Of a DNA stretch of 32,506 nt, positions 25,252 to 32,506 are shown piece by piece. The first letter of the stretch is position 1. Each line of letters starts with the position of its first letter. Location: IMG/VR virus record IMGVR_UViG_3300030334_000097, positions 1 to 32,506 of that record; one strand, 5' to 3'. This DNA comes from a virus (taxonomy: Duplodnaviria > Caudoviricetes). Position numbers and translations under genes: made by a program. Below the pieces are notes generated by a model, which did not search any database, was not told the origin of the DNA, and saw only the letters and a program-made list of their open reading frames with translations.

Positions 25252-25553
25252 AAACCCAAGACGCCCAAGCCGTTGTGGCCACGTTTACCGCCCACTGTAT
25301 TACCTCAGCGTTCCTGGTAAAGCTCCAGCGAGCCCAAGAGCTGGCGCTGGCAGTGAACCTGCAGCGTAAACACGCGGTGCAGCTTGAGGTGAGTCAGCAC
25401 GGCATCTTCTGCGATAGCTGGCTGGCGCACCGTAACGCCCAGCATGAAAGCCACCGCGCCCTAGCGTGCTTCTACACGCAGCCCAGCGGCCAACACCAGC
25501 TAGCGGCCATAACGGAACACCTGATTGAGCTGCTGCGGGAGAGCGCCCCATGA
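25248..25553 (+). CDS. Hypothetical protein
   Basis: ATGA-coupled in early-left operon. Confidence 0.65.
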   Translation: MKTQDAQAVVATFTAHCITSAFLVKLQRAQELALAVNLQRKHAVQLEVSQHGIFCDSWLAHRNAQHESHRALACFYTQPSGQHQLAAITEHLIELLRESAP

Positions 25554-25846
25554 GCACCCTACACACCCCCTGTCGCTTCGTCGTGAGGCACTGGCAACTG
25601 CTAGCCATGCGGGACGGCTACACGCTCCACACCACCGTCATCGAAGCGGTGCCGGTGGAAGGCGGTTACCTGCCCGCGTTCGTCGGCAAACGTGATACCC
25701 GCGTCGTGGTGCAGATGGCAACACCGCTGCCCACACAACAAGCCGCCCGTAACAGCCTGCGTGATGTGCTGTGGGGTGCGCACGTAGAGAAGCGTATCAA
25801 CCTGGAACCACACCCGCTCACCGCCACTGAGGAGCAAGCCGCATGA
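25550..25846 (+). CDS. Hypothetical protein
   Basis: ATGA-coupled at both ends. Confidence 0.65.
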   Translation: MSTLHTPCRFVVRHWQLLAMRDGYTLHTTVIEAVPVEGGYLPAFVGKRDTRVVVQMATPLPTQQAARNSLRDVLWGAHVEKRINLEPHPLTATEEQAA

Positions 25847-26160
25847 GCAAACAAGCCACCAAATTACTCTGGGCCGCGTTTCTGTTCGTCGCGCTGCTCG
25901 TCATGGGTCAGCTATCGAAAAGCGAAGCGCAGGAAGAGGACGAATGGCTGACCGCCTACTGCACCGATGCCGCCATCTGGGCAGCAGAGGAAGCCCGCGG
26001 CGTACCGCTCAGCGAGCGCACCGGCCAACCCGATTACAAGGGCATTGCCGAAGAGCAGTGCCCCGGCATGCGCCCAGCAGCGCCAGCAGTGAACCGTCAA
26101 GGATTCCTTTACAGCTCAACCGACTACGCCCAGCCACCCGTTCAGATTGTTCAGTTTTGA
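25843..26160 (+). CDS. Exported or membrane-anchored hypothetical protein
   Basis: N-terminal hydrophobic helix, two Cys; GAGGAG RBS. Confidence 0.65.
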   Translation: MSKQATKLLWAAFLFVALLVMGQLSKSEAQEEDEWLTAYCTDAAIWAAEEARGVPLSERTGQPDYKGIAEEQCPGMRPAAPAVNRQGFLYSSTDYAQPPVQIVQF

Positions 26161-26167
26161 GGTGCCC

Positions 26168-26539
26168 ATGATCACCCCGATCCCGCTATCCGATTACAAA
26201 ACCGCTGTGCTTGAAGCAATCGAAGAGCAAGAAGAAGAGTGCACAGAATGTGAAGGTGAAGGCATTTTCCCTTGCTGTGATCGTGAATGTAAAGCCTGCG
26301 ATGGCTTCGGCACCAAGGAAAAAGAGCTCAGCGACACCGAAATTCACGCCATGTATTTCAACGCCGTGATGGTGAGCCTCAAAAAGCTCTGCGCCTACTC
26401 CAGCCGCCACGACTTCCTGACCGAAGCTGGCGACTTCATTAAGCACCACGGCAGGCCAGACATGCGTTGCGCTTGGTTGAGCACCAACGATTGCCGAGAA
26501 GCGGGCTTTATCACTCAGCCCAATATCACCGTTCACTGA
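26168..26539 (+). CDS. Protein with DnaJ-like CxxCxGxG zinc motifs
   Basis: CTECEGEG...CKACDGFG; GAGGTG RBS before ATG 26168. Confidence 0.7.
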   Translation: MITPIPLSDYKTAVLEAIEEQEEECTECEGEGIFPCCDRECKACDGFGTKEKELSDTEIHAMYFNAVMVSLKKLCAYSSRHDFLTEAGDFIKHHGRPDMRCAWLSTNDCREAGFITQPNITVH

Positions 26540-26547
26540 GGCCACCA

Positions 26548-26634
26548 ATGTTCGACCAAGCCGCGTTCGACCGAATTTTCAAACAGCCAGCGCCCGCTAA
26601 GGGCGGCGACAAACCCAAGCAGGGAGATGCCTAA
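26548..26634 (+). CDS. 28-aa mini-ORF (not in track)
   Basis: GAGG RBS; MFDQAAFDRIFKQPAPAKGGDKPKQGDA; stop abuts the next ATG. Confidence 0.5.
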   Translation: MFDQAAFDRIFKQPAPAKGGDKPKQGDA

Positions 26635-26931
26635 ATGTCAGCCAGCGAACAGTTCAAAGGCATGTTTGAGCCCGCGCAAAGCGCCCGTGGTGATGAGCAA
26701 ATGATGCGAGTGGTGCTGCGCGCCCAAGAGAAACACCAGCAAGTACGCGACCAACTGGAAAGCATTGTCGCCATGAAAGACATGGGTATCCGCTTGGGCG
26801 ATGACATTGAATTTGAGGCAGGAAGCGACCTTCACAAAGGCTTCCTAACAGGCCTTCAAATTGCCTTGCAGTTCATGGGTGATTTCCCCCTCAAGGTTGA
26901 GGAAGCTAGCGACGAAGAAGAGGACGCCTAA
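26635..26931 (+). CDS. Hypothetical protein
   Basis: GGGAG RBS; acidic C-terminus. Confidence 0.7.
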   Translation: MSASEQFKGMFEPAQSARGDEQMMRVVLRAQEKHQQVRDQLESIVAMKDMGIRLGDDIEFEAGSDLHKGFLTGLQIALQFMGDFPLKVEEASDEEEDA

Positions 26932-26932
26932 C

Positions 26933-27859
26933 ATGTGGTTCAAAAACCTACACCTCTACCGCCTGCACAGTGCCGTTGCAGTGAATGCCGAGCAGCTAGC
27001 AGAGCAAATGGCCTGCTACGCCGCCAAGCCCCTGGGCAACAGCGACGCCCGCCGCATTGGTTGGGCAGCGCCAGCGGGTCGCTTGGGCGGTGGTCAACTG
27101 CTGCATGAGATCCAAGGTCACCGCCTCATCAGCGCCCTACGCCAAGAGCGCCTACTGCCCGCATCGGTCGTGGCTGAGGAAGTGGCCGAGAAGGTCGCAG
27201 AGATAGAAGAAAGCGAATGCCGCAAGGTCACGCGTAAAGAGAAAACCGCGCTCAAGGAACAGGTCACCGAAGAGCTAATGCCCCGCGCTTTCGTACGCAG
27301 CCAGAAAATAGACCTCTGGTGGGACACTGAGCGCAACCTGATCGGCGTGAACACCAGCAGCCGGGCACGCGCTGAAGACGTACTAGACCTACTGCGCGAA
27401 ACCCTCGGCAGCCTGAAGGCCACGCCCTTGAGCAGCCAAACGCTACCCATCCGCGCCATGACCACTTGGCTAAGCGACCCCGCCAGCAGACCGGCTGACC
27501 TGCAGCTAGGCGACAACTTTGAGCTCAAAGCAAAAGGCGATGACGGCATAGTGCGCGCCCGCCAAGTGGATCTCGACAGCAGCGAAATGCAGCAGCTACT
27601 CGAAAGCGGCAGGCAATCCAGCAAATTGGCGCTCAGCATCGAAGGCCAGCTCTCTTTCATCCTGCATGACGACCTAGCCCTGAAGTCGTTGCGCTTCGGT
27701 GATGCACTGATTGAAGAGGCCGACCACGCCGACGATGGCGACGACGCCCTAGCCCGCCTGGAAACCGACTTCATCTTAATGGCGGGCAGCCTGCGCCAGA
27801 ACGTCGAGCGCCTTCTTGAATGGCTCGATGGCGAGACTGAGCGGGAGCAGGCGGCATGA
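26933..27859 (+). CDS. rdgC: Recombination-associated protein RdgC
   Basis: MWFKNLHLYRL, ERLLPASVV, LKEQVTEELMPRAF, RAEDVLDLLRETLGSL, DFILM. Confidence 0.93.
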   Translation: MWFKNLHLYRLHSAVAVNAEQLAEQMACYAAKPLGNSDARRIGWAAPAGRLGGGQLLHEIQGHRLISALRQERLLPASVVAEEVAEKVAEIEESECRKVTRKEKTALKEQVTEELMPRAFVRSQKIDLWWDTERNLIGVNTSSRARAEDVLDLLRETLGSLKATPLSSQTLPIRAMTTWLSDPASRPADLQLGDNFELKAKGDDGIVRARQVDLDSSEMQQLLESGRQSSKLALSIEGQLSFILHDDLALKSLRFGDALIEEADHADDGDDALARLETDFILMAGSLRQNVERLLEWLDGETEREQAA

Positions 27860-28083
27860 ACCCACTCCCTCACCCGCCGCGCGGCCTCTCTGCTCCGTTC
27901 TCGCTGCGTGATCTTGAGCATCACATCACGCTGCGCAACGCAGGCGCGATAGGCGCTAACCCCAGCCGCCTAGCCGATATGTCGCTGCAGCACTGGATAC
28001 GCCAGCGGATCGTCAAGCAGGCATCAAAGCCCTGCCCCGCTTACGGCATACCGCGCTACGTGCGCGCTCACAACCGCTTTTAA
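27856..28083 (+). CDS. Hypothetical protein
   Basis: ATGA-coupled to rdgC. Confidence 0.55.
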   Translation: MNPLPHPPRGLSAPFSLRDLEHHITLRNAGAIGANPSRLADMSLQHWIRQRIVKQASKPCPAYGIPRYVRAHNRF

Positions 28084-28141
28084 CCGCTCATAACCAGCTG
28101 TCAAGGATTCCTTGAAAGCTCAACCAGACAGGAGCCGCCCC

Positions 28142-28462
28142 ATGGCCGCACAGAAAATTATGGACATCACCGTTAAGACCGGCGAATACCAAGACCCGCA
28201 ATCCGGCATGACCAAAGGCCGCTACCAGAACGTAGGCAGCCTGATGCTGGGCGACGATGGCCGTCAGTTCATCATCCTAGAGCGGTGGTTCAACCCGGCA
28301 GGCATCCCCAACCCGCAAAACCGCCCTAGCGTCATCCTCTCGTTGTTCGAGCCTAACGGCCAACAGGCGGCGCCAGCGCCTCAGCAGCCGCCACAGCAAG
28401 GCTACGGCCAGCAAGCGCCTCAGCAGGGTTACCCCAACGCCCACGGCGGCTACCGAGGCTAA
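28142..28462 (+). CDS. Possible single-stranded DNA-binding-like protein
   Basis: beta-rich N-terminus (VKTGEY...RYQNVG) with Gln/Pro/Gly tail; AGGAG RBS; lacks the acidic DDIPF end. Confidence 0.45.
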   Translation: MAAQKIMDITVKTGEYQDPQSGMTKGRYQNVGSLMLGDDGRQFIILERWFNPAGIPNPQNRPSVILSLFEPNGQQAAPAPQQPPQQGYGQQAPQQGYPNAHGGYRG

Positions 28463-28474
28463 GGAGCGGCAGTC

Positions 28475-28786
28475 ATGAAAATCACACCCCGCGATCCGGT
28501 CATCACCAAAGACCCCGGCACCGGCGAAAAGGTCACGCTCATGGAGCTGTCAGAGCGCTACGGCGTCAGCCGCGCGACCATTTACAGCCGCTACCTCAGC
28601 GGCAAACGCGGCCGCGATCTGGTAGCAACACCCAATCGAGGCAGCTTGAGCGAAGCGGAGAAAGATAAGCAACACCAGCACCAGCGCCAGGCGTACATCG
28701 AGCAAGCCAAGCGCTCACCGCTGGCCAAGCCGCTAAACCATATTGCGGATGTCAGCAAAATGGTGGGAGGAAGCCAGCATGCCTAA
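28475..28786 (+). CDS. HTH protein
   Basis: TLMELSERYGVSRATIYSRYLSG. Confidence 0.7.
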   Translation: MKITPRDPVITKDPGTGEKVTLMELSERYGVSRATIYSRYLSGKRGRDLVATPNRGSLSEAEKDKQHQHQRQAYIEQAKRSPLAKPLNHIADVSKMVGGSQHA

Positions 28787-29453
28787 AGAGCGTCCGATTC
28801 TATTCAACGCCGATATGGTCAACGCCATTTTGGATGGCCGTAAGAGTCAGACGCGGCGAGTTGTTAAGCCGCAGCCACCCTCTGGTATTCAGAGCGACCT
28901 TCCGGGCTGGAATGCGCTTGCGCGCCGATGCCCTTACGGCAAACCCGGCGACCGCCTTTGGGTGCGTGAGACATGGGGGGTTGTGTCCCATATGTTTGAT
29001 GCTAACGGCGACCGTCATGAATGGAATCCAGACCGCCCAGCCAAGGCTATTCACGAGATGCCTTTTGGCCAAGGTTTCTATCATGGCCATGTTATTTACG
29101 CGGCGGATGGTGGTTTTGAGTGGGCTGGAGACGATGACGGCGGCGGAGAGCCACGCAGCGCATGGAAGCCCAGCATCCACATGCCGCGTCTTGCCTCGCG
29201 CATCACGCTAGAGATCGTCAGCGTTCGCGTTCAGCGGCTGAAAGATATTAGCAAGCTAGATGCAGAAGCTGAGGGCGTTCAGCGGGACGAAGATATGTGG
29301 AAAGACTATTTACACCCTACTGACTGCCATTTTGCTTTTGATGCAAGAACGTCTTTCGCGACCTTATGGCAATCCATCAACGGCGCTGAAAGCTGGGACT
29401 CCAACCCCTGGGTGTGGGTCGTTGAGTTCAAGCGAGTGGAGGCCAGCCAGTGA
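28779..29453 (+). CDS. ASCH/PUA-like phage protein
   Basis: ERPILFNADMVNAILDGRKSQTRR, CPYGKPGDRLWVRETW, WKPSIHMPR, NPWVWVVEF. Confidence 0.75.
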   Translation: MPKERPILFNADMVNAILDGRKSQTRRVVKPQPPSGIQSDLPGWNALARRCPYGKPGDRLWVRETWGVVSHMFDANGDRHEWNPDRPAKAIHEMPFGQGFYHGHVIYAADGGFEWAGDDDGGGEPRSAWKPSIHMPRLASRITLEIVSVRVQRLKDISKLDAEAEGVQRDEDMWKDYLHPTDCHFAFDARTSFATLWQSINGAESWDSNPWVWVVEFKRVEASQ

Positions 29454-29746
29454 ACTACCAACAACCCGGCGTAGAGCCCTTCATGCACTCGCCCAAAGCG
29501 TGCGTTAGCTGCCAGAGCTACGAGCACCAGGGCTTTGATGAAGACAAGCACTGCCCGTTTCAGCAGCGCTCAAGCTTGCAGGCCAAGCCCAGCCGCACAC
29601 CCTACGGCCAATGCAGCCGCCACGGTGTGCAGGTGTTCGCTACGCAGATCTGCAACGCCCACGCGCCAGATCCGCACATCAAGTGCTTCGACGTTGTTAA
29701 CCGTCCAGAGCCACGGGAAGCCATTCAGGAGGGTATGGCGGTATGA
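29450..29746 (+). CDS. Cys-rich hypothetical protein
   Basis: CVSC...C...CSRH...C; GTGA/ATGA coupling. Confidence 0.65.
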   Translation: MNYQQPGVEPFMHSPKACVSCQSYEHQGFDEDKHCPFQQRSSLQAKPSRTPYGQCSRHGVQVFATQICNAHAPDPHIKCFDVVNRPEPREAIQEGMAV

Positions 29747-30159
29747 GAGCAATGAAGCCTGGCATTGAGTCGCGTCACTTCGCCAGCCTAGGCGAGGTGC
29801 TGCAGCCACCTGAAAAGCCGCCGCTGATTAGCTGCCAGCGCTACCTCAATGAAGAGGTTGTCAAGCGCAAAGCCGAAACGTTCAAGGTGTTCTTGGTGCG
29901 GGTCCATGAGTGCACGCTGCGCGGCAAGCGGTACCGCGTCATTGTCGATGGACACCATAACTACGCGGCGGCCAAGCTGCGTGGCGTTGAGCCAACCTTC
30001 ACGGGACCCGGCGCTAAATTCCTGCGCCACCTCGCCAAGACGACACCGCGCCAGCAAGAAGCTTTCTTTATCAATAACCTCACCGACTGCGAACACTACT
30101 ACGTTGAAACCGGTGAGGTAGTGGAGGAGCTGGTAGCGCCTATGGAGTTAAACCAATGA
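29743..30159 (+). CDS. ParB/Srx-like N-terminal domain protein
   Basis: QRYL...YRVIVDGHHNYAAAKLRG. Confidence 0.65.
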   Translation: MRAMKPGIESRHFASLGEVLQPPEKPPLISCQRYLNEEVVKRKAETFKVFLVRVHECTLRGKRYRVIVDGHHNYAAAKLRGVEPTFTGPGAKFLRHLAKTTPRQQEAFFINNLTDCEHYYVETGEVVEELVAPMELNQ

Positions 30160-30767
30160 GCACCAACGACATTAAACACCTAGCAGCTGAGACCATCTAC
30201 CTAGTGCCAGATGCCAGCGAAGGCCAGCTCTGCTATCTCTGGTGCGACGATCCCGCCCCAGGTCTGGATATGGAGCCGAGCGAGGCCGTCGAGTACCTGC
30301 GGAAAGATGTACACGACGCCATTATTGCCAAGCAAGCTAACGCCGCGAAGCAAGGCATGGATGCCGCAAAAAAGGTGGCAAGTTCCAATCTGGAACAAGC
30401 CAAGCGGTTGCATGCCGAGAGCAACCCGGCAGCGCTGGAAAGCGAGCGTGAGGCTAATGCGCGGTTGACGGCTGAGCTGGAGAAGGTGCAAGCGGAGCGC
30501 GATGCTCTGGCGGCGCTTTTTGTGAGGCTTCAAGACGGTGCCACAGACCTGATTAACGCTTCAAGCGAGGAAGAGGCAGGCGATGCAATGGAACTGATCG
30601 CAGAATGCAGCGAAAAGGAAGCCCGCAACATCCTCGCCCGCCGCGACCTGATTAAGCAAGCGGAGGTGCTAGAAGAGGCGCTTCGCTACGTTCGGTGCGA
30701 TGAAGACGTGGCCTTGCTGCGGATCAACGCCGCTAATATTCGCCAGCAAGCCGAGGGCCATCAATGA
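30156..30767 (+). CDS. Coiled-coil hypothetical protein (Ea/Ead-like position)
   Basis: WCDDPAPG...VEYLRKD then helical coiled coil; coupled at both ends. Confidence 0.65.
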   Translation: MSTNDIKHLAAETIYLVPDASEGQLCYLWCDDPAPGLDMEPSEAVEYLRKDVHDAIIAKQANAAKQGMDAAKKVASSNLEQAKRLHAESNPAALESEREANARLTAELEKVQAERDALAALFVRLQDGATDLINASSEEEAGDAMELIAECSEKEARNILARRDLIKQAEVLEEALRYVRCDEDVALLRINAANIRQQAEGHQ

Positions 30768-31285
30768 CCCAGCAACCTACACCCACCCACACCCACCGCG
30801 AAAGCGGTGGGAAGTTTGTCGAGCTACAACAGCACTACGGCACAGGACCGCTTGAGGGCCACTGGCTCATCATCTACGAGGACATCGAAAAGGGGATTCA
30901 GAGCGCCACTACTCAACAAGACTGGCTGGCAAACTGGCGAGCAATTGCACCCGACGATTGCATGGTTTGCATGGGAACCGGCACCGACCACATCAAAGGC
31001 AACAAAGACCGCCCCTGTGGGCACTGCTACGGCCTGGGCAAAGTGCGGGCAGACGGCGAAGCCGCCACCGATATGTGGGAACTCGCCACTGTGGCCACCG
31101 ACATCATCCACAGCCAACGCGCTCATATCGCCCAACTGAGCGCCATTGCAGAAAACCCCGCCGTTCAAGCGCTGCTCGATCAGCAGCGCCAGCAGGTGAT
31201 AACCGATAGCGTCGGGCGACAATACCAGGAATGGAGCGACGGCCACGGCCACGGCCCCGGTGGCCAGCGGTATACAGGAGACTGA
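30764..31285 (+). CDS. Protein with DnaJ-like zinc motifs
   Basis: CMVCMGTG...CGHCYGLG. Confidence 0.7.
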   Translation: MTQQPTPTHTHRESGGKFVELQQHYGTGPLEGHWLIIYEDIEKGIQSATTQQDWLANWRAIAPDDCMVCMGTGTDHIKGNKDRPCGHCYGLGKVRADGEAATDMWELATVATDIIHSQRAHIAQLSAIAENPAVQALLDQQRQQVITDSVGRQYQEWSDGHGHGPGGQRYTGD

Positions 31286-31286
31286 T

Positions 31287-31616
31287 ATGCAGCCACTGCT
31301 CACACCGCAAGACGTGGCCACCCTGCTAGGCGTGAGCGCCAGCTGGGTGTACGCGAACAAGGCGAAGCTCGGCTATGTGACCATCGGTAAAGCAGTGCGC
31401 TTTGATAGCGCCGATATAGAGCGCTATGCTCAGAGCCGCAAGCGCGGCCCTCAGCACGAGGAACGCATGAAATGGGAATCACAGTCCGATACAGGAAAGG
31501 CCGCGACAAGTGGATTGTCACGGAAACGTACGACGGTCAGCGACATCAACGCACGTTTGCAGGGACTAAGGAAGGCAAGCGGCAGGCCGACGAGTACGCA
31601 GCAGCGCGCCAGGTAG
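31287..31616 (+). CDS. xis: Excisionase-like HTH protein
   Basis: LLTPQDVATLLGVSASWVY...IGKAVRFDSADIERY; AGGAG RBS; upstream of int. Confidence 0.8.
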   Translation: MQPLLTPQDVATLLGVSASWVYANKAKLGYVTIGKAVRFDSADIERYAQSRKRGPQHEERMKWESQSDTGKAATSGLSRKRTTVSDINARLQGLRKASGRPTSTQQRAR

Positions 31617-32506
31617 CGCTGAACGACGCTCGGTTCAATGGCGAGGTGATGGGGCGAAAGCCCCGTCGCACCTTCTTGGAGGGCGTCAACCGCTGGATAG
31701 ATGAGTACGACGTATCCAGCCAGGCAAAAGCAATCCGACCAGTAGTGGCCTACATGGGGCCGGATGTCATGCTAGGCATGGAGGCGGTAGACAAGGCGCG
31801 ACGTATGGCACGCGAACTAAAGCAGAAAGGGAAAGCGCAGAGCACCATCAATAACCACGTGCAGGTGGTTAAGAGGGTGCTCAACTTAGCGTACCGGGAA
31901 TGGGAATGGATCGATCAACCGCTCGGGGACAAGCTCAAAAAGCCCAACCCGAAGAACGAACGGCACACCTACCCCAGTGTGGGCGATCTTAAACGGCTGT
32001 TGCAAGCGATACCCGACAGCCGAGTAGAGCAAAAGATCATCATCACTCTGGCAGCGGTCACCGGGTTGCGCCGTGGCGAATTGCTAGCCCTAGAGCCCAG
32101 CAATTATAGCAACGGTCGCATCCTATTGCGTGCCAATCAAACGAAAAGCGGCAAATCCCGAGTCGTACCGGTGCCGCAATTCGCCCAACCATGGATGACG
32201 ATGCTGCCGTTTATGGAAGGGGTGCCGCTGAAAACGGCAGAGCGCAGAATCAGAACCGCGTGGGAAGATGCCCGGGAGCAAACCGGAAAGCACCACCTGC
32301 GCTTCCACGATCTGCGCCACTGCTACGCCAGCCTACTCGCCCAGGCAGGCGAAAACATGACGACGGTACGCGACCTGCTAGGCCACTCTAGCCTGCTCGT
32401 CACAAGCCGATATGCGCACATGTTCGAGAAAGGGCTGGATGAAATCGGTCAACGAATGCCGCTGCTAAATGCGGCCATCTGCGACCAAAATGCGACCATG
32501 CACTAA
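31472..32506 (+). CDS. int: Tyrosine integrase
   Basis: TGLRRGEL (R), TKSG (K), FHDLRH, LLGHS, TSRY. Confidence 0.95.
   Translation: MGITVRYRKGRDKWIVTETYDGQRHQRTFAGTKEGKRQADEYAAARQVALNDARFNGEVMGRKPRRTFLEGVNRWIDEYDVSSQAKAIRPVVAYMGPDVMLGMEAVDKARRMARELKQKGKAQSTINNHVQVVKRVLNLAYREWEWIDQPLGDKLKKPNPKNERHTYPSVGDLKRLLQAIPDSRVEQKIIITLAAVTGLRRGELLALEPSNYSNGRILLRANQTKSGKSRVVPVPQFAQPWMTMLPFMEGVPLKTAERRIRTAWEDAREQTGKHHLRFHDLRHCYASLLAQAGENMTTVRDLLGHSSLLVTSRYAHMFEKGLDEIGQRMPLLNAAICDQNATMH
32470..32498 (+). repeat. Three direct repeats, candidate Int arm-type sites
   Basis: TGCGGCCA (32470), TGCGACCA (32480), TGCGACCA (32491), spaced 10-11 bp. Confidence 0.55.

Larger units (their letters stand above)
1..32506. 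mobile_element. Lambdoid HK97-like temperate prophage (partial: distal tail genes and att lie outside the window)
   Basis: Canonical module order: int/xis, early-left genes, cI/cro, replication, nin-like genes, late regulator, lysis, HNH/cos, terminase, portal, protease, capsid, neck, tail. Confidence 0.97.

Noticed and set aside
27118-27924. 268-aa minus-strand ORF
   Set aside because: Antisense shadow of rdgC with Ser/Arg-rich, non-protein-like composition
1-32506. Diversity-generating retroelement, retron or toxin cargo
   Set aside because: No reverse transcriptase motifs, template/variable repeat pair or recognisable toxin gene in the window

Overview
The whole window is most of a lambdoid, HK97-like temperate siphovirus prophage. 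The host is probably a gammaproteobacterium (Halomonas-like is a guess from protein style). The window cuts the tape-measure gene at the left edge and ends on the integrase stop codon. Minus strand, right to left: cro, a replication initiator with internal iterons, nin-like genes (phosphatase, NrdH-like redoxin, VRR-NUC nuclease), a probable Q-like late regulator, a tRNA(CAU), endolysin-holin-spanins, HNH, cos, terminase, HK97-type head genes, neck, tail tube, frameshifted tail chaperones, an accessory cassette, and the tape measure gene. Plus strand: CI repressor, a LuxR-type HTH, small early genes, rdgC, ASCH-like and ParB-like genes, xis and int. The most notable signals are non-coding. (1) Each unit of the accessory cassette between the tail chaperones and the tape measure gene has its own RNA-level control: a complete c4 antisense system before ant, an apparently different RBS-sequestering switch before kilA-N, and a promoter-overlapping hairpin before two small Cys-rich genes. 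(2) Long in-frame palindromes sit inside both the ant and kilA-N genes, and a repeated 25-bp palindrome brackets the rdgC block. (3) There is an aberrant initiator-like tRNA. (4) A LexA-like box lies inside a coupled mini-ORF at the cII position. All family assignments come from motif recognition and synteny; no database searches were run.
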